A DNA stretch of 64,000 nt from assembly GCA_041659205.1 (NCBI GenBank), contig JBAZYS010000001.1:123166-187165 (forward strand), in the 5' to 3' direction. The translations under genes were made by a program, and so were the position numbers. Below are positions 50,301 to 59,053 of the stretch, in pieces. Below the pieces are notes generated by a model. That model was given only the letters and a program-made list of their open reading frames with translations. It did no database searches and was not told the origin of the DNA. How positions within the stretch are numbered: position 1 is the first letter of the stretch; every line of letters starts with the position of its first letter. Source of the DNA: Minisyncoccota bacterium (GTDB lineage: Bacteria; Patescibacteriota; Minisyncoccia; Phycocordibacterales; UBA9973).

Positions 50301-52403
50301 TATCATTGGCAAACAGATTCTTATACATATACAGGTTCTTCTAACACAGCAAATGGTTCTACTGCTCTCTACTTAAATACTACAGGAAACAATAATACAG
50401 CAATTGGTGCAAATGCTCTTTCAGTAAATAGTGTTGGTTCTAGCAATGTTGCTTTGGGATATGCGGCTGGTTCATTCGAAACAGGCTCTAATGCTTTTTA
50501 TGTAAATAATATTCAACAAACTTCTTTATCTAATGATCAAAACTTTTCGCTTCTATATGGAAAATTTTCTGGAGTAGCTGGTTCTACGGTAGGTCAGCAA
50601 CTTGTAATTAACGGTAACGTTGGAATTGGGACACCAACGCCTAATAATCTTTTACAAGTAGCAGGTTTGATTGATTTTAATAATACTGATTTTGATACAA
50701 AGCTTGGATATCAGGCAGGAAATAATATTGTAGTTGGAGCTCAATATAATACTTTTGCTGGCTATCAGGCTGGATTATCTAGTGCAACGCTTAGTACGAA
50801 TGCGGCTGATTATAATAGTGCTTTTGGTTACCAAGCTTTATTTTCCAATACCACTGGTTTACTCAATACAACTATTGGTGCTTTTTCTCTTACTGCCAAT
50901 ACTTCTGGTATATCCAATACGGCAAGTGGCGTAAACTCGCTTTTAGCTAATACCACAGGTTCTTCCAACGTAGCTTATGGTAAAGATTCATTTAGAAATA
51001 ACACTACTGGTTCAAGCAATACTGTTATTGGTTATAATTCAGGATTAGGAATTACAACCGGTGATAACAATACGATTATTGGTGCCAACGTAGGTCAGCT
51101 TTTAGCTGGGCTTTCTAATAATATTATTATTGCTGACGGTCAAGGAAATAGAAGAATAAATGTAAATAGTGTAGGGAATGTCGGTATTGGTAATATAAAT
51201 TCAGCAACTCTTTTTTCCGTTACTCCTACTCAGTATAGTACAGGTACGGCTGGGCAATCTCTAACTACAATTACAGGCATAGGAACGACATTTACTTCTG
51301 CGATGGTGGGCTCACAGTTTGTTTTTGCTGACGGCACAAATGCAGGTACGATTACAGCATTTACTGATACGACCCATCTCACTGTTTCTACTTCCCAAAC
51401 AGTTTCATCATTTCAGGCTTTTAAAATTGGATATACTGGTTTACAAGTAGGGAGTACAGGAAATATCGGTATTGGAACGACGTCTCCATCCAACGTCCTT
51501 CATGTCACAGGGGCACCAGCTACTGGCACAGCAGTTGCGAGAATAGCAAATACTCTTGCAGGAACAACTCAAAATAATGGACTTTTAATTTTAGCCGGAA
51601 ATGACACAGGCGTAGCTGCTTCAGAATTAATTACTTTTCAGAGGCCTGATGCTACTGTTATCGGAAGTATTTCTCAAACTGCAGCTGCTGCAATTGCGTA
51701 TAACTCAGGTTCAGATCTACGAATTAAAGATAACATTGTACCTACAGTCTATGGTCTATCAGACTTAATGAAAATAAAAGTAGACGACTTTACTTTTATC
51801 AGTGATATAAACAAACAAAAGATGACAGGTTTCATCGCTCAGGAATTAAAAGATATTTATCCTGGAGCTGTTACCACTAACGGTGACAATGGTACAGATG
51901 CGCTTGCCCTTGGCATGACTCCATGGATGATAGATTATTCCAAGCTTACTCCGCTCATCGTGAAAGCAGTACAAGATTTAAATCTAAGCATAGATGCAGT
52001 TACAGGAACTGTCACTCCAGTTACTGGCTCACCAGCAGAAACTTTTATGACAGCATTCTTTAATAATATTTATTCCAAGGTAGGAGCATGGCTTGCAGAT
52101 GCAGGGAATAGTGTCACAGATATTTTCGCAAATACATTTCATGCTAAAGATAAATTGTGTATCAACAATACTTGTGTGACTGAAGCAGAACTGCAAGCAC
52201 TTTTACAAAATTATGGAACGTCGGCATCTACTCCTACTCCTGCACCCGTAGTTCCAACTTGTACAACTACTCAAACTTTGGTAAATAATGTTTGCGTGGA
52301 TTCTGCACCTGCACCTATGCCAGCCCCAGACCCAATTCCAGCACCGGCTCCTGACCCAGTTCCTGCTCCCACACCTGACCCTACTCCTGCCCCAGTTATT
52401 TAG
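47373..52403 (+). CDS. Secreted trimeric tail-fibre/adhesin-like protein: collagen GXY, NTAxG repeats, peptidase S74 chaperone domain, Pro-rich tail
   Basis: Signal peptide; GPAGPRGPAGPQGAQGPAGPAGQ; NTAxGxxAL repeats; GNVGIGT; SDLRIKDNI...GFIAQE...IDYSKLTPLIVKAVQDL. Confidence 0.85.
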   Translation: MNKMLNKKTFSLFLKKLLLLGFSVFVIFSFATPTFAFNPFTYIIDTISNFINPPAPTVPITPPISKPAVKSTTVKKVTPPVVVPPSEINTPPVRTITVQGPAGPRGPAGPQGAQGPAGPAGQTIMSQPSSYTPIPVSYANIGIIQANPATNFGGSSIFSATDLSSSHFTTNTAKVTDLTVTGSSTLGALNIVGNSTLTGNLNVTGNSILTGNLNVTGAITGSINPSLTLGSVYFQGASGMTEDNANFFYDETNHRLGLGTVTPTSKLEINSTAAPTGAELITNGTFTGGTTGWTLGTDVAYGTNNVISTYNGGDPSISTTFDTVSGNTYIFTFVVSNANTSGQIYFSNNTSPSSNIFVNGTYSVIFQANFTGTDTVNFNDISFVVGDTWTIDNVSIKQTNISPALKIIGYDGATWFSLGSDILGNIALGSSALSSNTVGYGNTATGYQSLFSNTTGRDNTALGNKALYSNTTGIRNTAIGQNSLTFNTTGQDNTATGRETLKYNTTGRYNTANGLYALTFNTTGQNNTAVGIHALYSNTIGSNNTASGNSTLNSNTTGYYNTAQGSLALYDLTGEAAVTAGSFNVGTEYTIETLGDTDFTLVGAGINAVGEIFTATDVGSGTGTATLNTGNNTALGYNTGRGIVTGINNTIIGANVTGLDAALSGNIIIADGQGNRRINVDSLGKVGIGTTTPTAKLEISGTATPTGAELITNGTFTGSAVGWTLGTDVVFNAGTDNVTSTYAGGDPNISTTFETVAGNTYLLTFTVSSANAPMYFFLSNFFNYFSGPFVNGTHTVAFQTDFTGTETINFSNSNNVVTDAFTLDDVSIRQTTLLSPGLKVIGYDGNTWLSVGGDILGNTALGNSSLTSNTTGKNNTANGLRALYSNTIGDFNTANGKDALFSNTDGSDNTATGLSALRFNTNGSQNTANGAYALNFNDSGGDNTANGFAALYRNTGGVNNTASGASALYSNLGSEVYHWQTDSYTYTGSSNTANGSTALYLNTTGNNNTAIGANALSVNSVGSSNVALGYAAGSFETGSNAFYVNNIQQTSLSNDQNFSLLYGKFSGVAGSTVGQQLVINGNVGIGTPTPNNLLQVAGLIDFNNTDFDTKLGYQAGNNIVVGAQYNTFAGYQAGLSSATLSTNAADYNSAFGYQALFSNTTGLLNTTIGAFSLTANTSGISNTASGVNSLLANTTGSSNVAYGKDSFRNNTTGSSNTVIGYNSGLGITTGDNNTIIGANVGQLLAGLSNNIIIADGQGNRRINVNSVGNVGIGNINSATLFSVTPTQYSTGTAGQSLTTITGIGTTFTSAMVGSQFVFADGTNAGTITAFTDTTHLTVSTSQTVSSFQAFKIGYTGLQVGSTGNIGIGTTSPSNVLHVTGAPATGTAVARIANTLAGTTQNNGLLILAGNDTGVAASELITFQRPDATVIGSISQTAAAAIAYNSGSDLRIKDNIVPTVYGLSDLMKIKVDDFTFISDINKQKMTGFIAQELKDIYPGAVTTNGDNGTDALALGMTPWMIDYSKLTPLIVKAVQDLNLSIDAVTGTVTPVTGSPAETFMTAFFNNIYSKVGAWLADAGNSVTDIFANTFHAKDKLCINNTCVTEAELQALLQNYGTSASTPTPAPVVPTCTTTQTLVNNVCVDSAPAPMPAPDPIPAPAPDPVPAPTPDPTPAPVI

Positions 52404-52472
52404 GGCAACATAACTAATTTTAATATTCAATTAAGGCTTTGAAATAAGGGTTTTTTGTGTTATAATTGCGAA

Positions 52473-54230
52473 ATGTTCGTGAAAAAGCTTTTTCATCATA
52501 TTTGGCCACAGATTAATAAATACAAATGGTCTTTTTATCTGACATTTGTTTTTTATGCTATTAGAATATTTTTTGGATCTGTTCTTAATGTTTATTTTTT
52601 CAAGAAAATAATTGATGTCATGTCCAATCCTTCTTTTTCGAGGGAGGTTTTAGCTGCGCAGCTTATTTATCTTGTTATTTTAAATATTTTGATAATGGTT
52701 GGTGGAAATATTTTTTCTCGTCTTGGAGCTTGGAGTATTGTTTATTTTCAGAGCAATATGATGCGAGAACTTTCGGATTATTCTTTTAGACAAATAATAA
52801 AGAATTCTTACGGTTTTTTTTCTAATAATTTTTCTGGTAGCCTAGTGACCAAGTCTAGGCGCTTTGTGCGGGCCTTTGAGGTAATGCATGATACGCTTAT
52901 TTTTAATTTTTGGGGAACATTTATTGTATTAACGGGTGTTTTTATGGTTCTTTTTACGCAGGCACCATTTATTGCTTCAATCTTTTTATCCTGGGTTTTT
53001 GTTTACATTATAATTGTCTCCTTTTTCATCAAAAAAAGAATGAGCTACGATATTGCTAAGGCTGCTGCCGACTCAAGGGTTGGGGGGAGACTAGCTGATG
53101 TTTTTTCAAATGTATTTGCTCTAAAGGTTTTTTCTGCGGGAGAAAAAGAAAAAGTTTCTTTTGGTGAAGTTACTCGCAATGAAGAAGAACATCGAAATAA
53201 TTCTTGGTATTTTGGAAACAAACAAGATACTTTACAAGCAGGACTAATGACAATAATCCAAGCTTTTGTTTTGTATCTAATTATAAAACTTTGGATTGCT
53301 GGTTCTATGAATACAGGTACTGTTGTTCTGATTCAAACTTATATGATAATGATTTTTGAGAGATTGTGGGACCTTGGTAAAGCAACGACAAAATTTATGG
53401 AATCTGCTGCTGATATGAAGGAAGTCATAGATATTTTTGAAATTGTGCCAGATATTAAGGACCCAGAAGTTCCTGAGCCACTGAGGATGAAAACCGGGAA
53501 TATTGAGTTTAAAGATGTTTCTTTTGTTTATGCTTCTGGCCAACATGTTTTTAATAATTTTAATTTGAAAATAAAACCTGGGGAAAGGGTTGGTATTGTT
53601 GGTCATTCTGGTGCTGGAAAGACAACAGTTACTAAATTACTTTTAAGGTTTATCGATGTATCTTCTGGTGTGATAGAAATCGATGGACAGGATGTCCGTA
53701 CAGTTTTACAAGATGATTTAAGAAGAGTAATTTCTTATGTTCCCCAAGAGCCAATTTTATTTCACAGAAGTATTAGAGAAAATATTGCTTATGGTGAACC
53801 CGACGCCACCATCGAACAAATAATTGAGGCTGCTCAAAAAGCGCATGCGGATGAGTTTATAAAGAATTTTAAATACGGATATGATACTCTTGTCGGTGAG
53901 CGGGGAGTAAAACTTTCTGGTGGAGAAAGACAGAGAATAATAATTGCTCGTGCAATGTTGAAAAATTCTCCCGTGCTTGTGTTAGATGAAGCTACTAGTT
54001 CACTTGATAGTATTAGTGAGTCATATATCCAAAATGCTTTTAGTGAATTGATGAAAGGTAAGACAACCATTGTGATTGCCCATCGTCTTTCTACTGTGCA
54101 AAAAATGGACAGAATAATTGTCCTTGATGAAGGTGTGATTGTAGAAGATGGAACACATAAGGAATTATTAGAAAAAGGTGGTGTTTATGCCAATTTATGG
54201 AATCACCAAACAGGCGGATTTTTAAATTAA
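52473..54230 (+). CDS. ABC exporter, fused TMD-NBD (start moved to ATG 52473)
   Basis: GHSGAGKT, LSGGERQR, LVLDEATS, IAHRLST; TATAAT ends 6 nt before the ATG. Confidence 0.93.
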   Translation: MFVKKLFHHIWPQINKYKWSFYLTFVFYAIRIFFGSVLNVYFFKKIIDVMSNPSFSREVLAAQLIYLVILNILIMVGGNIFSRLGAWSIVYFQSNMMRELSDYSFRQIIKNSYGFFSNNFSGSLVTKSRRFVRAFEVMHDTLIFNFWGTFIVLTGVFMVLFTQAPFIASIFLSWVFVYIIIVSFFIKKRMSYDIAKAAADSRVGGRLADVFSNVFALKVFSAGEKEKVSFGEVTRNEEEHRNNSWYFGNKQDTLQAGLMTIIQAFVLYLIIKLWIAGSMNTGTVVLIQTYMIMIFERLWDLGKATTKFMESAADMKEVIDIFEIVPDIKDPEVPEPLRMKTGNIEFKDVSFVYASGQHVFNNFNLKIKPGERVGIVGHSGAGKTTVTKLLLRFIDVSSGVIEIDGQDVRTVLQDDLRRVISYVPQEPILFHRSIRENIAYGEPDATIEQIIEAAQKAHADEFIKNFKYGYDTLVGERGVKLSGGERQRIIIARAMLKNSPVLVLDEATSSLDSISESYIQNAFSELMKGKTTIVIAHRLSTVQKMDRIIVLDEGVIVEDGTHKELLEKGGVYANLWNHQTGGFLN

Positions 54231-54244
54231 ATATTAAATAATTT

Positions 54245-56050
54245 ATGGATTTGAAACATATTAGAAATTTTTCTATCATCGCTCACATTGATCACGGTAA
54301 GAGTACATTGGCGGACAGAATGCTTGAGATTACGCACACTATCGAGGTGCGTAAAATGCGTGACCAGGTTCTCGATTCTATGGACATTGAAAGAGAAAGG
54401 GGAATTACTATTAAAATGCAGCCCGTCAGAATGGAATACTCTACCGGTAATGAAAAGTATATATTGAACCTTATTGATACACCTGGGCACATAGATTTTT
54501 CATATGAAGTATCTCGAGCTTTAAAGGCCGTAGAGGGGTCCATTTTATTAGTAGACTCAACTCAGGGTGTGCAGGCACAAACCCTTACTACGCTTGCTAT
54601 GGCTCGTTCTGGGGGCCTTAAAATCATTCCTGTGCTCTCAAAAATTGACTCACCTTTGTCTAGGGTGTCTGAAATAAAAGAGGAAGTTGTGAATCTTCTA
54701 GATTGTAGCCCAGAAGATGTTTTATTGGTTTCTGGACGTACGGGGGATGGGGTAGAAAATCTTTTGCAAGAAGTTGTAAAACGTATTCCAGCTCCAATTG
54801 AAAAATATCAAGGTGATAATAATTTACGTGCTCTTGTTTTTGATTTTAAATATTCAAATCATCGAGGGGTGATAGTGTTCGTTCGTGTATTTGACGGAAA
54901 AGTCGCAAAGGGTGATAGTTTAGTTTTCGCAGTTTCTGGCGAGAAATTTACCGCTCTTGAAGTTGGGACTTTCTCTCCGGAAGAGACTCCTCGCGATTTT
55001 CTTTCTCCTGGAGATACGGGTTACATTGTCACTGGGATAAAAAAGCCAGGCATTGCATCTGTCGGTGACACTATCACAATGTCTAAAAATCCATTACCTG
55101 CTTTCTCAGGTTATATGCAACCTTTACCGGTAGTGTGGGCTTCAGTCTTTCCTGAGGATGCAGATGATTTCTCGGAATTAAAACTTTCATTGGGGAAATT
55201 GAAACTCTCTGATTCAGCTTTTTCATATGAAGAAGAATCTTCTGGGTCCCTGGGTCGAGGTTTTAGATGTGGGTTTTTAGGAATGCTCCATTTGGAAATT
55301 ATTACTGAGAGATTAAAAAGAGAATTTAATCTAGAGTTAGTGATTACAATGCCTTCAATCACCTATGAAGTTATATTAAAAAATGGCAAGAAAGAAAAAG
55401 TTTATTCTCCATACCATTTTCCAGATGATGGAAATATTGAGACAGTGTATGAGCCATGGGTAAAATTAAAAATAATTACTCCTGTGCAGTATGTCGGTAA
55501 TATCATGCAACTTCTTTTTGATCACGAAGGAGAGGTGGGTGATACTGAAAACTTTGGAGACAATCGTTCCACCATCTCTGTACAGATGCCACTGCGTGAA
55601 TTAATGCGAAACTTTTTTGATGAATTGAAAAGTACTTCTTCGGGTTATGGTTCTATCTCATATGAAATAGGTGATATGCGGGTTGCGGATGTAACGAGGC
55701 TTGATATTATCGTGGCAGATGAAATAGTGCCAGCTTTTTCTAGAGTTGTTTCGAGAAAGAGAGCGGAGGGTGAAGCAGAAGAAGCGGTAAAAAAACTTGC
55801 AGACATATTGCCACGCCAGATGTTTTCTTTAAAAATTCAAGGCCAGGCCCTCGGACGGATTATATCTTCAAAATCACTTTCAGGGATGAAAAAGGACGTC
55901 ACTCAGCATATGTATGGTGGGGACATCACTCGTAAAATGAAACTTCGTGAAAAACAAAAGAAAGGGAAAAAGAAAATGAAGGAAAGGGGGCGGGTAAATA
56001 TTCCTCAAGATGTTTTTTTGAAGATGATGCGGACAGGAGATAATAATTAA
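54245..56050 (+). CDS. lepA: Elongation factor 4
   Basis: IRNFSIIAHIDHGKSTLADR, GRGFRCGFLGMLH, YGGDITRKMKL. Confidence 0.98.
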   Translation: MDLKHIRNFSIIAHIDHGKSTLADRMLEITHTIEVRKMRDQVLDSMDIERERGITIKMQPVRMEYSTGNEKYILNLIDTPGHIDFSYEVSRALKAVEGSILLVDSTQGVQAQTLTTLAMARSGGLKIIPVLSKIDSPLSRVSEIKEEVVNLLDCSPEDVLLVSGRTGDGVENLLQEVVKRIPAPIEKYQGDNNLRALVFDFKYSNHRGVIVFVRVFDGKVAKGDSLVFAVSGEKFTALEVGTFSPEETPRDFLSPGDTGYIVTGIKKPGIASVGDTITMSKNPLPAFSGYMQPLPVVWASVFPEDADDFSELKLSLGKLKLSDSAFSYEEESSGSLGRGFRCGFLGMLHLEIITERLKREFNLELVITMPSITYEVILKNGKKEKVYSPYHFPDDGNIETVYEPWVKLKIITPVQYVGNIMQLLFDHEGEVGDTENFGDNRSTISVQMPLRELMRNFFDELKSTSSGYGSISYEIGDMRVADVTRLDIIVADEIVPAFSRVVSRKRAEGEAEEAVKKLADILPRQMFSLKIQGQALGRIISSKSLSGMKKDVTQHMYGGDITRKMKLREKQKKGKKKMKERGRVNIPQDVFLKMMRTGDNN

Positions 56051-56054
56051 TTTG

Positions 56055-56172
56055 ATAAATAAAGAAATATCTTTTCGAGGATACAGATTTTTGATTCTGC
56101 GGAATCATGTCGCACAAGTCGTTCTGGTGCGACCAAAAAATTCGTACCCTAAAAGAGTATTTCTTTATTTAT
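56055..56172 (+). repeat. Structured palindromic element, copy D (diverged)
   Basis: 15-bp perfect arms ataaataaagaaata/tatttctttatttat; shares tttcgagg and caaaaaatYcgtacc..taaaag with copy C. Confidence 0.65.
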
Positions 56173-56298
56173 TGCCTAAAGATTGGAGAATAGAGGAGGA
56201 GCATACTGACAATGATGAGTACGCTGACTACTGCCCAGACTATTTGAATTCTCTTTTGATGTTTTTTATTGAAAAGCATACAATGAGCATAGCATACT

Positions 56299-56673
56299 AT
56301 GAGAAATTTTCAAGAAAAAAGTAGCTGGAGACACATTGTGGAATCAAAACCATTTTTAATACTTTTCAGTATTATAATATTGTTTTTTGCTTGGAATGTT
56401 TTTAGCTTTTTGAATAAGATGTTAGATACTAGTAAAAATATGAAAATTGCTGAAGAGAAGGTGGCGACTCTTAAACAGCAAAAAGAAAACATTTCTAATG
56501 AGATTAATAGTTTGAATACAGACGAGGGTAAAGAGAAATTTTTTAGAGAGAATCTAGGTTTAGTGAAGGACGGAGAAGGTCTGACGGTAGTAGTAGAAGA
56601 TAAAAATCCACCCACAACTCCTAAACCAGAATCTTCAGGCTTTTGGTCATTTTTAACAAGTTGGTTTAAATAA
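56299..56673 (+). CDS. Septum formation initiator (FtsB/DivIC family)
   Basis: N-terminal TM, coiled coil, EKFFRENLGLVKDGE. Confidence 0.85.
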   Translation: MRNFQEKSSWRHIVESKPFLILFSIIILFFAWNVFSFLNKMLDTSKNMKIAEEKVATLKQQKENISNEINSLNTDEGKEKFFRENLGLVKDGEGLTVVVEDKNPPTTPKPESSGFWSFLTSWFK

Positions 56674-56750
56674 CTTTATTTTGGCCCCCTGCGAGGACTG
56701 CGATTTTAACAGCTTTTGCAAAGCTAAAAAATCGGGAGTATAATAAAGCT

Positions 56751-57758
56751 ATGAAAATAGTCTTTTTTGAGGTGTCAAAAGCAGAGCAGTCATTTTTTGC
56801 AGAGTCACTTGGTGGTGCGGAAGTTTCTTTTTTTGAAGAAAAATTAAATGAAAATAGTATAGAGAAAGCAAAAGATGCTGACGTTGTCTGTATCTTTGTT
56901 GTTTCTTTGGTAAATAAAAATGTTATCGATGCATTACCTAATTTAAAATTTATTGCTACTCGTTCGACGGGTTTTGACCACATTGATCATGCCTATGCAG
57001 AAACAAAAGGAATAAAAGTTTCTAACGTGCCTGCTTATGGTTCTCATACAGTAGCTGAGTTTGCTTTTACGTTGATGTTAAGTCTCTCAAGAAAAATCAT
57101 TAAAGCAAATAATCATATTACGGAAGAACTAGATTTTAATTATTCAAAGGATATGGAAGGTTTTGATTTACATGGAAAGATTTTGGGAGTCGTCGGTACA
57201 GGGAAAATTGGCAAAAATGTTGTAAAAATTGCTAAAGGTTTTGAAATGGAGGTAATTGCTTATGATTTGTATCCAGACTTAGCTTTCGCTAAAGAAAATA
57301 ATTTTACATATAAAAGTTTAACAGACGTCGTCTCTCTGGCAGATATTATCACTCTGCATGCTCCTTGTTGTATGGAAAATATTCACTTAATTAATAAAGA
57401 AAATATTTCTTTGATGAAAAAAGGAGTTTATCTGATTAATACAGCTCGGGGAGAACTCGTTGATACAGAAGCATTAATCTGGGGTTTGAAAGAGGGAATT
57501 ATCGCAGGAGCGGGAATAGATGTTTTGGAAAATGAAAAACAACTCAAAGATGAAAAGAGCTTTTTAACTAGCGGTAAGGCTACCGAAGAAGAAAAAACAA
57601 GTATTTTAATTAACCACGAATTGATGAAAATGCCCAACGTCATTGTTACTCCCCATATTGCCTTTGATACAAAGGAAGCCATAGCTTTAATTTTAAAAAC
57701 AACTGCAGATAATATCCAAGGTTTTTTAAGCAATATTCCAATAAATTTAATTAAATAA
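56751..57758 (+). CDS. D-isomer-specific 2-hydroxyacid dehydrogenase (D-LDH/hydroxypyruvate reductase-like)
   Basis: RSTGFDHID, GVVGTGKIG, INTARG, TPHIAF. Confidence 0.92.
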   Translation: MKIVFFEVSKAEQSFFAESLGGAEVSFFEEKLNENSIEKAKDADVVCIFVVSLVNKNVIDALPNLKFIATRSTGFDHIDHAYAETKGIKVSNVPAYGSHTVAEFAFTLMLSLSRKIIKANNHITEELDFNYSKDMEGFDLHGKILGVVGTGKIGKNVVKIAKGFEMEVIAYDLYPDLAFAKENNFTYKSLTDVVSLADIITLHAPCCMENIHLINKENISLMKKGVYLINTARGELVDTEALIWGLKEGIIAGAGIDVLENEKQLKDEKSFLTSGKATEEEKTSILINHELMKMPNVIVTPHIAFDTKEAIALILKTTADNIQGFLSNIPINLIK

Positions 57759-57760
57759 AT

Positions 57761-59053
57761 ATGCAAAAAAGTTGGATTAAAAACCTTGACGAATTAGCCA
57801 CGACTCCCAACAGAAAAAATGCACTAAAAATAGTTGAGGCTGGTTTCAATGCTATAAACACTGAAGAAGTAGTAAAAAGTAAAATAAAATTTCAGAATAA
57901 TATTTTGACTATAAATCATGAGCATTTTGATTTAAATAAATTTAAGAATATATATGTCGTTGGCTTTGGTAAGTCTTCTTGTGATGCAGCCTTAGCACTA
58001 GAGGAAATTTTGGGTTCTAGAATTACAAAAGGTATTGTCATTGGTCTTTCAAGGGTTGATTGTAAATATATTGAGACTTTTGCTGGTACTCATCCAAGGC
58101 CTAGTGAGGTGAATGCCCTTCCTGGTAAAAAGATATATGAAATGCTCAATGATTCCAGTGTGGACGATTTGGTTATCGTACTTGTCTCAGGTGGTGGTTC
58201 GGCTCTACTTTGTTATCCAGAGAGCGAATGGAGAGATGGTGCAAGGCTTTATGACGCTTTTTTAGAATCTGGCAAAACAATATCTGAAATTAATACAGTA
58301 AGAAAACATTTGTCTTTATTAAAAGGGGGCGGATTAGCAAAAATTGCTTTTCCTGCGACAGTTGTCGGTCTTATTTTTTCTGATGTCCCTGGAGATATCT
58401 TTAAAGATGTTGCCTCTGGACCAACCTACAAAGATGAAACCACTATAAGTGATGTTAATAAAATTATTTTAGAGAATAACCTAGGTGAATTTGATTTAAT
58501 TGAAACACCCAAGGAAGATAAGTTTTTTGAAAAAGTTTATAATTTTGTTTTAGTTTCAAATAAAACTGCTGTAGAAGCAATGGCAGAAAAAGCACAAGAA
58601 TTAAATTTTAATGCGAACATTGTTTCGACAAATCTTTATGATGAAGATGAAAAAGCAATTAATAAAATATTTTCTGTGAAAAAAGAAGATTCTGTTGTTC
58701 TTGCCGCGGGTGAGCCAAAGATTATAATTATGAAAAAAGGAGGAAAGGGTGGAAGGAATTTACATATGGGGCTAGAAGTAATAAAAGATAAAATGATTGC
58801 AAAAGAAAATCCTAGTGATTTTGTTTTTATTTCTTTTGCTAGTGATGGGATGGACAACAGTGACGTGGCTGGAGCAGTTGTAGACAAAACTACTCTTGAA
58901 AAAGTGGCTAAATTAAATTTAGATGTAGACGATTATTTAGGACGCTTTGATTCTTACGATTTTTTCCAAAAAACAGGTGATACAATTATTACTGGGCCCA
59001 CGGGGGCGAATGTTTCTGATTTAATGATTTTATTAACTAAAAATAATGAATAA
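57761..59053 (+). CDS. Glycerate 2-kinase (MOFRL family)
   Basis: VGFGK, HPRP, LVSGGGSAL, SDVPGD, ASGPT, GGRN, TGPTGANVSD. Confidence 0.92.
   Translation: MQKSWIKNLDELATTPNRKNALKIVEAGFNAINTEEVVKSKIKFQNNILTINHEHFDLNKFKNIYVVGFGKSSCDAALALEEILGSRITKGIVIGLSRVDCKYIETFAGTHPRPSEVNALPGKKIYEMLNDSSVDDLVIVLVSGGGSALLCYPESEWRDGARLYDAFLESGKTISEINTVRKHLSLLKGGGLAKIAFPATVVGLIFSDVPGDIFKDVASGPTYKDETTISDVNKIILENNLGEFDLIETPKEDKFFEKVYNFVLVSNKTAVEAMAEKAQELNFNANIVSTNLYDEDEKAINKIFSVKKEDSVVLAAGEPKIIIMKKGGKGGRNLHMGLEVIKDKMIAKENPSDFVFISFASDGMDNSDVAGAVVDKTTLEKVAKLNLDVDDYLGRFDSYDFFQKTGDTIITGPTGANVSDLMILLTKNNE

Noticed and set aside
56052-56324. 90-aa ORF between lepA and the ftsB-like gene
   Set aside because: TTG start, built largely from palindromic elements, overlaps the next gene; probably spurious.
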